From: an uncultured Methanolobus sp.
GTDB lineage: Archaea; Halobacteriota; Methanosarcinia; Methanosarcinales; Methanosarcinaceae
Length of the DNA: 64,000 nucleotides
Reading direction: 5' to 3'
Assembly: GCA_963675495.1 (NCBI GenBank)
Contig: OY776215.1
Location: 160,001-224,000, forward strand
Both the position numbers and the translations under genes were made by a program. The notes below the pieces were generated by a model, which saw nothing but the letters and a program-made list of their open reading frames with translations, was not told where the DNA came from and did not search any database. Shown one piece after another: positions 1-10,121 of this stretch. Each line of letters opens with the position of its first letter. Position 1 is the first letter of the stretch.

Positions 1-2
1 AC

Positions 3-86
3 GTAGTTCAGGCAGATATAGAAACCAGTAATGGAGTGATTCATGTCATTGATAAGGTAATACTACCACCTTCTATGACAAGTTAA
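3..86 (+). CDS. Fasciclin (FAS1) domain protein, 3' end only
   Basis: Manual translation VVQADIETSNGVIHVIDKVILPPSMTS* matches the FAS1 H2 motif NGVIHVIDxV. The gene starts before the window. Confidence 0.85.
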   Translation, partial: VVQADIETSNGVIHVIDKVILPPSMTS

Positions 87-221
87 TAGGTTTAATTAAC
101 CTATTTTCTACATTTTTTCTAAAATTTCATCTTGATTAATAGATATCTGTATCATCAATAATCAGTCTCTATGAATGTTGATTAAGCGTGATATGACGTT
201 TATCTGTAAGGTCATACCAGT

Positions 222-1577
222 TCATCTCCTGTCAACTAGCCTTTTCGGTCTGCCTTTGATACGATAGAACTCTAGTTGTCCAGGTCCTGTATAGTTGAAA
301 ATGATGTTCAGAATTCCCTCTGAATGCGCATTTTCCAGATTTTTCTTGTATTTAAAAAAGGATTCCCGGAAATTATTTTCTATGACACTTTTGTCATATT
401 GATCGAGATCATTGCATTCCATGCTTACTCTAAGGGTTGTCTCTCCCTCATCATCTCCACCATAAAGGAAGGCTTCATACTCACCTGTAAGATATTCCAT
501 ATTCTCCCTCTGGAAAACCCCTTTTTCAATATCAACACGGTTAAAAGGAGTTCCAGATACCCAAAAAGTCTCAGCTTCCCTTTCAGGATTCATGATCTTC
601 ATGTGTGTCCTTCCACATGCGCATTTGTCACGTGTCATTACAACCGTTGTATCTTCGGTATCATAGTTCAAAAGAAGGTTGCCACTTTTAGCCCCTACTG
701 GAAGTAATGTTGTGAGCACCATTCTCCCACATTCTCCGTCCTTTACAAATTTGCTCATTTGAGGATCATAAACATCCAGATGTAACAAGTCTTCTGGAAC
801 ATGTAAACCACTTATGTCACTACATTCTCCGCACATGGTACCTTCGGTGCTACCATAATTGTTGAATACATCACAGTTCCATATCTCAGAAACATATTTG
901 CGTGCTTCTTCTGGAAAACTTTCCCCGCCCACCACAAGACGCTTAATGCTCGATTCTGTGGGATCTATACCTTCGGTTTTCATTCTTTTTGCCAAACGTA
1001 TAAATTTGAAGATACTACCTACAATAGAAGTTGGTTTGTAAGATTCCATTATCCTTAAGGGGAATGTGCATTTACCTTCAGGTATGATGCTCATGCCTAT
1101 GCTTTTGGCTGCCAGTGTCATGGTATTAGCACCAATATTCATCCCATAAGAAGCACACACTACTAGCCTGTCCTCCTCATTGAATCCTTGGGACACAAAA
1201 CTCCGTGAATACTTTTCTGCGTATCTTTGCCAATCGTCCCATGTCAGGAAGAAAGATTTCGGTGTTCCGCTGGTCCCACTTGTTTCATGGACAGTGAATA
1301 CATCTTTCCAGTCAACAGACTTAAAAGCAAAATCATCAATTTCAGGCGGCTGGTTCTCTCGAATAGTCTTACCTGATATAATAGGAAGTTCAAGTAGGTC
1401 TTCATGGGATCTTATATCAGAAGGTTTTATTTTGTGCTCCTTGAACCATTTTTTGTAGAAAAGTGAGTTTTCAGCAGCATATTTAACAGTGTATCTAACC
1501 CTTTCATCGACAATGGCATCTAGTTCTGCTCTTTCCATGGTCTCAATTTCTGAATTGTAATATCTTCTTTCATCCAT
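222..1577 (-). CDS. ftsA: Coenzyme F390 synthetase (phenylacetate-CoA ligase-like adenylate-forming enzyme)
   Basis: 451 aa with TSGTSGTPK P-loop, YGSTEG motif and C-terminal KGRPKRLVDRR typical of methanogen F390 synthetases. Confidence 0.8.
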   Translation of the reverse strand: MDERRYYNSEIETMERAELDAIVDERVRYTVKYAAENSLFYKKWFKEHKIKPSDIRSHEDLLELPIISGKTIRENQPPEIDDFAFKSVDWKDVFTVHETSGTSGTPKSFFLTWDDWQRYAEKYSRSFVSQGFNEEDRLVVCASYGMNIGANTMTLAAKSIGMSIIPEGKCTFPLRIMESYKPTSIVGSIFKFIRLAKRMKTEGIDPTESSIKRLVVGGESFPEEARKYVSEIWNCDVFNNYGSTEGTMCGECSDISGLHVPEDLLHLDVYDPQMSKFVKDGECGRMVLTTLLPVGAKSGNLLLNYDTEDTTVVMTRDKCACGRTHMKIMNPEREAETFWVSGTPFNRVDIEKGVFQRENMEYLTGEYEAFLYGGDDEGETTLRVSMECNDLDQYDKSVIENNFRESFFKYKKNLENAHSEGILNIIFNYTGPGQLEFYRIKGRPKRLVDRR

Positions 1578-1762
1578 GTTGTATCGACCCCATTAATCAG
1601 ATATTTTCTTAATTCTTCAATTACGTCAATCATATGGTTACTGTCATTTCAAAGCATATTACAATATAATTCCAGCACATTCACTGTAATCAATTTTCTT
1701 CATTTTCACAGGTTCAATATGGCCTTGAAATAATCGATGCTATCTGAAAAAAAGAAAGGAAA

Positions 1763-2032
1763 TTACATTCCTTTCGAAACCATAAGTTTTATGAAATCTG
1801 TGGATTCCATAACAGGAGAACTGTCTATATAACAAATATCGGACCATGGAAGGCTAAATTCAGCGTATGCTTCTGGACTTTCGGTTTCATAAAGTATGAA
1901 ATATCTTCCTCCATTAAGGTCCATCCACTGGTTAATTATTTTAATATTTGCTGGTGGTTTCAACTCCTTAAAGTGTTCAACTATTTTTTCACTATCTTTT
2001 GGTTCCCATGTGCTTATACTAAAAAATAACAT
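1763..2032 (-). CDS. DUF3303-family small protein
   Basis: 89 aa; MLFFSISTWEP...QWMDLNGGR...W pattern. Confidence 0.65.
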   Translation of the reverse strand: MLFFSISTWEPKDSEKIVEHFKELKPPANIKIINQWMDLNGGRYFILYETESPEAYAEFSLPWSDICYIDSSPVMESTDFIKLMVSKGM

Positions 2033-2066
2033 TTCTTCCTCCTATAATGATAATAATAATCTATTT

Positions 2067-2267
2067 TTATTTCTTGGTAGCAGCGAAATATATCATATAA
2101 ACTGCTGCAAGACCTACCAAAATGTAAACTATTCTGGATATCATTGACATTTCACCGAAGATTGTTGCTACAAGATCGAAATCAAATGCCCCGACAAGAC
2201 CCCAGTTTAGACCTCCAACAACAACTAAGGCTAATGCTACTAGGTCAACAGTTTTAAACATCCCCAC
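2067..2267 (-). CDS. DUF378 small membrane protein
   Basis: LVVVGGLNWGLVG...FDLVA...RIVYILVGLAAVY signature. Confidence 0.9.
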   Translation of the reverse strand: MGMFKTVDLVALALVVVGGLNWGLVGAFDFDLVATIFGEMSMISRIVYILVGLAAVYMIYFAATKK

Positions 2268-2448
2268 TTTCTCACCCCCTGTGGAATTGTTAAAATAACT
2301 TTGGAAATAAAACTATATAAATATGATTCATTATTCTTTAAATATTATAAATTAATTTTTACTATTAGTTATCTGTGTTTACTATCTTAAATAGTATGAT
2401 GCTAACCATGGCAGTATATCAGTTCACACTTGACATTAATATTTTATA

Positions 2449-3243
2449 CTAACTTTCTCTTTTTGAAATCACAAGATATGTGCTGGCAGCAAGCAACAAA
2501 AATATGCAAATAGATGTGGTTACAATAACTGCAAAATATTGGCCACCAAATCCTTCAGGCAACACATGCTTTAATAATATTCCTACATAGGCCCAAACAA
2601 TAACAAGTCCATATGCGACATCTCTGTTTTTTAGCATCGTTTTGGCTCCGATAATGAATCCAAGAAAAATAATTATAACAGCCCAGGTTTCCTCGGCCAG
2701 ACCAAAACCATTCCAATTTAAACTGACAAGAAGTACAGTAGCATTAGCAATTGTTGCCACTGTGATCCATCCAAAATACACACTAAATGGGAGTCGTATA
2801 AACAAATATTCACTTTTAGAAAGCTGTTCACTGTTTATCGTCTGATTAATCAAGATCAGGCAAACAAGGATTACAACCATCAAAACCATAGATAATGGAA
2901 TAATTTCATAATGCCACGAGAATATCCAGGCCGCATTGGCAATAGAAGAAATAGAAAATAGTATTCCAATATTATTCAATAGATCATTCTTGAAAGCACT
3001 TGAGTTCCCTTTAAAAATATCAAGCTGATAAAGTGTATATGCTCCCAACAAAAAATATATTACTCCCCAAATTGCAAACGTGAATCCTGCCGGAGCAAAA
3101 AGATTTTCATAAGAGTCTGAAAGTTGGCCTGTAGTGACATCGTTGATCGGTAGAATGTTAGCTAGGGCATTGACAGTAATCATGGCCAAAAAAGTTACTA
3201 GCACGACAATTCTAATCATTGTAGTCTTATATTTCCTTTCCAT
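2449..3243 (-). CDS. TspO/MBR-like (tryptophan-rich sensory) membrane protein
   Basis: About 8 TM helices; FAPAGFTFAIWGVIY and PFSVYFGWITVATIAN motifs. Confidence 0.7.
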   Translation of the reverse strand: MERKYKTTMIRIVVLVTFLAMITVNALANILPINDVTTGQLSDSYENLFAPAGFTFAIWGVIYFLLGAYTLYQLDIFKGNSSAFKNDLLNNIGILFSISSIANAAWIFSWHYEIIPLSMVLMVVILVCLILINQTINSEQLSKSEYLFIRLPFSVYFGWITVATIANATVLLVSLNWNGFGLAEETWAVIIIFLGFIIGAKTMLKNRDVAYGLVIVWAYVGILLKHVLPEGFGGQYFAVIVTTSICIFLLLAASTYLVISKRES

Positions 3244-3395
3244 GACTTTTCCTTTCCTATGAATAACTATGGCTTTAGATAGACTGAAATGTCACTACTG
3301 CAAATCCATTCTAGCAACCATATATTGATTGCGAAGTAAATAAGTATTTATATTAAGCCTAAAAAACACAATCTGTTGTTCTCATACATGTTTAT

Positions 3396-3992
3396 TCATA
3401 CTTCTGTTTGTAGTAATTTTTTGAGTGAAATGAAGTGCTTATCGATAAAGACTCCTACAACAATTAAAGCCATGGTAATCCAGATCAACTGCATTATTCC
3501 AGATTGTAGATCTGTTCCTATTAACCAGGCATGAATTAAAATCAACAAGAAAGCTATGTAATTAATGTAATGGAACTTAATCCATTTCCTTCCAAGATTC
3601 TTTCTATACAACCCAGCTGAAACAGCTATTATTATTAAGTAGAATGCGGGTCTTCCGGCAAGCTCTAAAAAATCCATTACTGGATGCAACACTGGAACAA
3701 AAACGGATACACTTTTTTCTTCTAATGCAAATGCAATAGGATGTAATATCATTAGAAAAATACCAACTCTGGCAAGGAAATGATGTATTGCAATAAACCC
3801 TTTTCCAAAGACTTTTTTCATCTGGATCATGTATTCAGATGACAGTATTGCTAAAAAAATAAAGAAATATGCAAATAATCCCGTAGCTCTATCAACCATA
3901 AGCAAAGGATTTTCCTTTTCTTGAAAAAGCGAGAGTATGAGAATTCCAGAAATTAGAACAACAAATGACAGTATCTTAATTTTGGTTTGCAT
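3396..3992 (-). CDS. Ferric reductase-like transmembrane (heme b) protein
   Basis: Conserved His in TM helices (AIHH, ILHP, KFHY, LIHA). Start moved to ATG 3992 behind a GGTGG RBS. Confidence 0.7.
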   Translation of the reverse strand: MQTKIKILSFVVLISGILILSLFQEKENPLLMVDRATGLFAYFFIFLAILSSEYMIQMKKVFGKGFIAIHHFLARVGIFLMILHPIAFALEEKSVSVFVPVLHPVMDFLELAGRPAFYLIIIAVSAGLYRKNLGRKWIKFHYINYIAFLLILIHAWLIGTDLQSGIMQLIWITMALIVVGVFIDKHFISLKKLLQTEV

Positions 3993-4173
3993 TTTTGACC
4001 ACCTATATACTAGGAACTTCAATCCAACACCTTTTCTAGCGTTCCAGGAGATGAGGTGAAAAGACATAAAGTAAAAGCCTACAAACCAATCTACCTGAGC
4101 AAGCCCACTCCAACATGCCAATTTTACAATCTCTTTTCCCTTATATATTCATTTTTGTGTTAGATTAAGTATC

Positions 4174-4830
4174 ATGGACTATGAACGAGAGCTTGTCCGC
4201 AATGTCCGCAGGGAATTTGGCTCCAAGACCTACGTGAAACAACTGGACAATATTATCACTGAGATCATCAAACAATCACTGCTGTATGCAGATAATCAAC
4301 TGAAGCAGATGTCTGCAGCTGCAATCGAAGAGTCATATGTATTAACAGAAGAAGCTGTGAGGACATCCACAGAACTGGCAGATAATGTTGTAGAATCTAT
4401 TGTTTTGGTGCTCAAAGATGAAGCAATCTATACGATGCACCCCAACCAGCTGGCCAAAAGGATAGTAGACCTCTGGGAAGGAGAACGATACAAGGCAGTA
4501 AGATTTGCCAGGACTTTCACTGCAGATGTTGCCACCTACATAACTGTTTACAAGTATCGCCAACGTGGAGTTGAATATGTTGAATTTGATGCTGAAATTG
4601 ATGACAGAACAAGTGATCAGTGCAGAGCTTTGCACGGAACAGTGTTCAATCTATCAAATGGTTCCGTGGATCTGTATCGTCCTCCGCTCCACCACAGCTG
4701 CCGGAGTGGTCTGAAAATAATCCCCATCACTTTACAGATAGACACGAATAAATCATTTGAAAATAGAGATTTCAGCAGGTATGAAAAAGCGTCCAAGGAG
4801 ATTGACGTTTTCAATAAAAATATCGTATAG
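4174..4830 (+). CDS. Phage head-morphogenesis / minor capsid protein (Mu gpF / SPP1 gp7 family), orphan and probably degraded
   Basis: ARTF...DDRTSDQCRALHG...PPLHHSCRS motif set. A more protein-like tail continues in another frame to about 4907, suggesting a frameshift. Confidence 0.8.
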   Translation: MDYERELVRNVRREFGSKTYVKQLDNIITEIIKQSLLYADNQLKQMSAAAIEESYVLTEEAVRTSTELADNVVESIVLVLKDEAIYTMHPNQLAKRIVDLWEGERYKAVRFARTFTADVATYITVYKYRQRGVEYVEFDAEIDDRTSDQCRALHGTVFNLSNGSVDLYRPPLHHSCRSGLKIIPITLQIDTNKSFENRDFSRYEKASKEIDVFNKNIV

Positions 4831-5251
4831 ATAAATTCGTGCTTGATGCTGACTTCGGGACAAAATTTGCAGGGGTGAAAGGCCTAAGTATATTAGTGGA
4901 TGTTTAACTTTGCCGCTTGATAGTGGGAGATATTCTTTTTCTTCTCTACCTTTTCTATTACCCCACGCTTTCTATATGACTATCTGATGTTTGCACGAGG
5001 GGAAAACGATGAAGATATTGATGTTTGTACCTATGAAAACTAGTCTCTAGGTGAAATTTGCACATGTGAAGCTTCTAAAGTTTATTTTTGTATTGAAAAA
5101 TGGATTTCTATGTTTCATATAGAATATATCTCATCATAATTATAATCGTCATTTCAACTTTGTTTGGAAAGTTTTATATGCACACTTAATAACATGTCCA
5201 TTAGTTTGAATATTCGACATGTTTCCTGAACATTACAATATGGTGGTATAT

Positions 5252-8200
5252 ATGAAAAACAGATTACAGATTGCAAAAATTCAAAGTGGGAAGTTATTGT
5301 TGACCCTTTTTGTACTTTTGATGTTAGCATTTGTTGTTACAACAAGTGGATGTTTGGATAACGATGGTGGAATCGGTGAAGCCGGAACTATTGATGAAGT
5401 AGAAAATACTAATGGAATAGATTCTGAAGACCATGGTTCAGATGGGTCTGAAGAGGCAGGAGATAGCCAGAATGACTCATCAGAAAAAACCTATTTCGGT
5501 GCGCCTGAAATCAATGAAGAGCCTGAGCCGTTAAATCAACCTGTTGTTCTAAAAGTACTGAATCCAATAACTTCTGGTGGTAAAAAGAGTTCTTCTTCAG
5601 AAATCTCAATTCCAGCACCTGTACTTGTAACCGGGATAACTGTTACAGGACCAGGATCTGCTAGCAGTGTGATAATTGATCAGACACTTCAAATGAATGT
5701 GGATGTATTGCCAATAAATGCAGCTAATAAAGACGTTACATGGTCTGTCATAAATGGGACAGGCAATGCCACTATCAATTCAACTGGCTATCTGAGAGGT
5801 AATGAACTTGGAACAGTAACTGTGAAAGCAACTGCCAATGATGCATCAGGTACCGAAGGATCACTTCTTATCACAGTAACTGAACCTCCTGTGCTTGTAA
5901 CAGGTATCACATTAACAGCTGCTGGCTCAGTTACTAATGTTATTAATGGGCAAACTTTGCAAATTAATGCAGATGTTCTTCCCTTAAACGCCACTGATAA
6001 AAGTATTAACTGGTCGCTTACAAACGGAACCGGAAGCGCCATGATTGATTCAAATGGTTTACTAACTGCTATCACCGTGGGAAATGTTACCGTCAGGGCA
6101 ACAGCTAACGATGCATCAGGTGTTGAAGGTACTATGAAGTTGACAGTAGACCCTTTACTTGTAACCGGGATATCTGTGACAGGGACAGGATCAGCTACTA
6201 TGCTTATTAATGGCCAAACCCTGCAAATGAATGCATCCGTAGTTCCAGTGGATGCAACTGATAATAGTGTAACCTGGTCCGTTATAAACGGAACCGGCAA
6301 TGCCACAATTGATTCTAACGGTTTACTTACAGCAAGAGGTACAGGAAATGTAACTGTAAAAGCAACAGCCAACGATGCTTCAGTTACAGAGGGAACATGT
6401 GCGATAACTGTGACTCCTATGATCTATACAGTATCATTTGACAATAATGGTGGCGACACGGAAGCTAACCCCCTCAACAAAGACATTGCTGAAGGTTCAA
6501 CAGTTGACTTCCTGCCTTCAGAACCAACAAAAATCGGCCATAGCTTTGAGGGTTGGAACAGTCAGTCTGACGGTCTTGGCACATCCTTTAACGCATCTAC
6601 CGTTGTGACTGGGGATATAACAGTCTATGCAATGTGGGAGCCTATTAATTATACAGTTACTTTCGATAAGAACGGTGGTGACGTTGATGCTTCCCCAACC
6701 AGTGACACTGCTGACTATGGTACCACTCTTGCTTCGTTACCAACCTCACCAACAAAGACCGGCCATACCTTTGAAGGCTGGAACACCGAGTCCGATGGCA
6801 CTGGTACTTTCTTCACGACTGCAACCGTTGTGACTGGAGATATCACAGTCTATGCAATGTGGGAGCCTATTAATCATACAGTTACTTTCGATAAGAACAG
6901 TGGTGACGTTGATGCTTCCCCAACCAATGACACTGCTGACTATGGTACTACTCTTGCTTCGTTACCAACCTCACCAACCAAGACCGGCCATACCTTTGAA
7001 GGCTGGAACACTGAGTCCGATGGTTCAGGTACTTCCTTCACTACTGCAACCGTTGTGACAGAAGACATCACAGTTTATGCAACGTGGGAGCCTATTAATT
7101 ATACAGTTACTTTCGATAAGAACGGTGGTGACGCTGATGCTTCTCCTACCAGTGACACTGCTGACTATGGTACTACCCTAGATTCATTACCAACTGCACC
7201 AACAAAGACAGGCTATACCTTTGAGGGTTGGAATAGCCAGTCTGATGGTCTTGGCAGTTCATTCACCAGTTCAACAGTTGTGACAGAAGACATCACAGTT
7301 TATGCAACGTGGCAACTTGCTATATATACTGTTATCTTCGACAAGAACGGTGGCGACATTGATGCTTCTCCAACCATTGACACTGCAGACTATGGTACCA
7401 CTCTTGATTCGTTGCCAACCGCGCCGATAAAGACGGGCCATACTTTTGAAGGCTGGAACACCGAGTCCGATGGTTCAGGTACTTCCTTTACAACCTCAAT
7501 AATTGTGACTGGAGATATCACAGTCTACGCAATGTGGGAGCCTATTACCTATACCGTGACTTTCAACAAGAACGGTGGTGACGCTGATGCTTCTCCTACC
7601 AGTGACACTGCTGATTATGGTACAACTCTTGATTACCTGCCTACAGAGCCTACCAAAGAAGATCACAGCTTTGAGGGCTGGAATACTGAATCCGATGGTT
7701 CAGGTACTTCCTTCACTACTGCAACTGTCATAACTGATGACATCACTGTCTATGCAATGTGGGAAGAGATTATCCTTGTGCCAACAGGGACATTGCTCGA
7801 TGCAGCTCAGGGTTCAGATTTCACCGGTGTCCTGTACACCAAGGATAGCAAACTGTACTATAACCAGGTATCTAATGATAAATGGAGTGGAGAATCATGG
7901 ATAGGTAATGGAACATCTGGAAGAATTGCTATTGACAGTTCGGACAACGTTCATGCTGCTTATACAACAGATGGGAAGATCGGATATCGTGTCTTTGATG
8001 GAAGCAGCTGGGGTGTAGAAGAGCTTATTCTCTCTAACAATGGCGGTTCCTGTTCCAAACCGGATATTGCTGTGGATGCCGATGGGGATGCTCACATGAC
8101 TTATACTGACTCTAGAGGACAACTTGGTGGTTACTCGGAGAAAGGTGACATTATGTATACAAACTCCTCAAGTTCCTTTGTTAAAACAGTAGTGTATAAT

Positions 8201-8776
8201 GGATATTATGAGCATTTTGGTGGCGCAGACTATTATGGTATGTATTACCTCAAAGGTTCTTACATCACAGTTGATGAATATAAGAACTATTACATATTGA
8301 CCCATAGCCAATCGTATTCAAAATGGATGGGTGGAGCTGATAGGGCTTATACTGTTGTTGTATCATCAAACCTTGGTACCGGTTCAACTTCGACGGTGTA
8401 CACTGATGTACTGGGTATCTATGATATCATTACAAGAGATGGAAAGCCATACGCTCTTTACAAAAATAGTGGTATTCAGTCTTCCGAACTGTCTGTGAGT
8501 GGAGGTGTCATTAGCTTTGTCAATCCAACACCAGCATCATCTGCAGCCTCTGCTTATTCGCATGATGTACTCTCTGGGAATATAGTTGTAGGTAGCAAAG
8601 ATGGAAGTAACCTTCAGACAAGCTACAATGGAATTTCTGCAACTAACAGCTCCATAGTGGTTGGAGGTAACGCAGTTTCAATCGTCAATGATGGAGCAAA
8701 CTTCTATGTGTTCTACACTGACAATGCAGACAGCAATATCAAGAAGATGCTAGTACTTCCTCTTGCACCAGCATAA
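5252..8776 (+). CDS. Large surface lipoprotein: 3 Ig-like (Big_2) domains, 6 InlB B-repeat (Flg_new) domains and a beta-rich C-terminal domain
   Basis: Signal/lipobox TTSGC; VLPxNAxDKxVTWS repeats; YTVTFDKNGG...PTKTGHTFEGWN...ITVYAMW repeats. ATG 5252 follows GGTGGT. Confidence 0.85.
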   Translation: MKNRLQIAKIQSGKLLLTLFVLLMLAFVVTTSGCLDNDGGIGEAGTIDEVENTNGIDSEDHGSDGSEEAGDSQNDSSEKTYFGAPEINEEPEPLNQPVVLKVLNPITSGGKKSSSSEISIPAPVLVTGITVTGPGSASSVIIDQTLQMNVDVLPINAANKDVTWSVINGTGNATINSTGYLRGNELGTVTVKATANDASGTEGSLLITVTEPPVLVTGITLTAAGSVTNVINGQTLQINADVLPLNATDKSINWSLTNGTGSAMIDSNGLLTAITVGNVTVRATANDASGVEGTMKLTVDPLLVTGISVTGTGSATMLINGQTLQMNASVVPVDATDNSVTWSVINGTGNATIDSNGLLTARGTGNVTVKATANDASVTEGTCAITVTPMIYTVSFDNNGGDTEANPLNKDIAEGSTVDFLPSEPTKIGHSFEGWNSQSDGLGTSFNASTVVTGDITVYAMWEPINYTVTFDKNGGDVDASPTSDTADYGTTLASLPTSPTKTGHTFEGWNTESDGTGTFFTTATVVTGDITVYAMWEPINHTVTFDKNSGDVDASPTNDTADYGTTLASLPTSPTKTGHTFEGWNTESDGSGTSFTTATVVTEDITVYATWEPINYTVTFDKNGGDADASPTSDTADYGTTLDSLPTAPTKTGYTFEGWNSQSDGLGSSFTSSTVVTEDITVYATWQLAIYTVIFDKNGGDIDASPTIDTADYGTTLDSLPTAPIKTGHTFEGWNTESDGSGTSFTTSIIVTGDITVYAMWEPITYTVTFNKNGGDADASPTSDTADYGTTLDYLPTEPTKEDHSFEGWNTESDGSGTSFTTATVITDDITVYAMWEEIILVPTGTLLDAAQGSDFTGVLYTKDSKLYYNQVSNDKWSGESWIGNGTSGRIAIDSSDNVHAAYTTDGKIGYRVFDGSSWGVEELILSNNGGSCSKPDIAVDADGDAHMTYTDSRGQLGGYSEKGDIMYTNSSSSFVKTVVYNGYYEHFGGADYYGMYYLKGSYITVDEYKNYYILTHSQSYSKWMGGADRAYTVVVSSNLGTGSTSTVYTDVLGIYDIITRDGKPYALYKNSGIQSSELSVSGGVISFVNPTPASSAASAYSHDVLSGNIVVGSKDGSNLQTSYNGISATNSSIVVGGNAVSIVNDGANFYVFYTDNADSNIKKMLVLPLAPA
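6425..7770 (+). repeat. Six tandem ~225-bp (75-codon) intragenic repeats encoding InlB B-repeats
   Basis: Units start near 6425, 6650, 6875, 7100, 7325 and 7550 with high DNA identity. Confidence 0.9.
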
Positions 8777-8967
8777 GGTAGCAAATGCTCAGATAGATAA
8801 AAAAACGGAATTTTTAGTATTCAGGATTTTTCCTGAATACTTATTTTTAAGTATAATTGAATTGAAGCTAAGGTTTTTTAAATTTGTTTGAATTTCCCTT
8901 TTATGTCAGATGGCGAGAATTTCCACAAATACTTAAAATTATGATGTTAACATAATATATGAATTGG

Positions 8968-9192
8968 GGTTTTGCAGAATCGAATCAGTATAAACTGGTT
9001 TGAGAACAACTAATTAAACGTGAGTTAAGGTTTCGTTGTTTTTTCTTTGTATATTGTGTGGGGTCCTTGATCACATTAACGTTTTCATTTGTACAATCTT
9101 TTTATACCCGTTGTATTATATCAGGAGTTGTGCATGTGACTTCTCTGATCATGAATATAAGCAAAAAGCAAATCGAGACATTTTACAGAGCC
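8968..9192. mobile_element. Degenerate MITE / IS remnant of the GGCTCTGTAGAA-end family
   Basis: Left end GGTTTTGCAGAA at 8968; right end TTTTACAGAGCC at 9181-9192. Confidence 0.45.
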
Positions 9193-9210
9193 GTATATTT
9201 AGTCACGCGT

Positions 9211-9521
9211 AAACATTTCAATTTATGTTACATCTATTATTTTTGAACACCTATATTATTAAATATGTTAAGTACATACTTTTAAATGTTACACATTGCC
9301 AAATAAAAAGCATATGTGTGCAGAATAAAAGGTATCTAGGACTGGGGTAATAGATGCCTGAATTAATAAATGTAGGGTATTTATTTTTGGAACAAGGGAG
9401 CGAGCAGTGGGGCGATGATAACTCCTTTTGATTAGTGTGAGCTTTATTTTATAATCGGAGTGGTTAAATGATTTTATGTGAATGTGGAGAATTTGTCAAA
9501 AAATCAATATTTAAAGATTAT
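9211..9521 (+). repeat. ~310-bp direct duplicate of 62102-62416 (promoter, structured leader and gene start)
   Basis: Colinear by eye, e.g. GGAGCGAGCAGTGGGGCGATGA(T/C)AACTCCTTTTGATTAGTGT and ATGATTTTATGTGAATGTGG occur in both copies. Confidence 0.9.
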
Positions 9522-9542
9522 GTGAATATTTTGGATCTATAA
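9468..9542 (+). pseudogene. Truncated paralogue of the 106-aa gene at 62363
   Basis: MILCECGEFVKKSIFKDY, then similarity is lost where a MITE-derived segment begins. Confidence 0.8.
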
Positions 9543-9794
9543 TGTTCTATGCAGTGAGAGTTTCTACATAGCTCAATTTCTGCTATGTTTTTAGAATTTG
9601 TAAATTGATATTGTCTGTTATGCTCTTACAGAACTGAAATAATATTCCTGTCTTCATATAGAATTAATTGTAAATGTACTTATTTAAGTACTATTTAAGT
9701 ACTATTTAAGTGTATCTAGGACTTATTTGCAACTAAATCTTCATACATTTGTAGCAAACAAGCAAAAAGTTTGTACGTAGAATATATCTACATT
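9529..9794 (+). repeat. Copy 1 of a ~225-bp non-coding repeat joined to a MITE end
   Basis: TTTCTACATAGCTC...TTGATATTGTCTGTTATGCTCTTACAG...AAAAGTTTGTACGTAGAATATATCTA; matches 13195-13417 and the reverse complement of 31053-31304. Confidence 0.9.
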
Positions 9795-10121
9795 TAAGGT
9801 GTGTGCCTGCTTCGGGCATACTGCTCGAGAGTAGCCACTTACTTACGGGTTTCTGATGTACAGCTTTGCTCCACATACCCATTAATGTTTTTGAATACCT
9901 TTATCAGACTGAATAGTTAACAAATAAGTGGGTTTTTAAGCCAAAATTCTAATTAGCCAACCTCGTCAGTTCGTTGAGTAGGAATTGGAAAAAAGATGAG
10001 GCAGGACTTATCTGCCGGATAAGTGATTACATTTTTTAAATGCTGCAAAAATAAGGTCCAAAATAAGGACAGTGAGGTATTTTCTGGATATACCTCACTT
10101 ATATGGTGTTTTGTTTACGTA

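Noticed and set aside
3993-4121. N-terminal extensions given by the ORF track (also 19089-19214, 12327-12386 and 49049-49117)
   Set aside because: Better starts with an RBS or stop-start coupling lie downstream, and the extensions overlap other genes or look non-coding.
9394-9428. Fluoride riboswitch or C/D-box RNA call for GGCGATGA
   Set aside because: The rest of the consensus (TTCGCC pairing partner, CTGA box D) is missing; kept only as an unknown structured leader.
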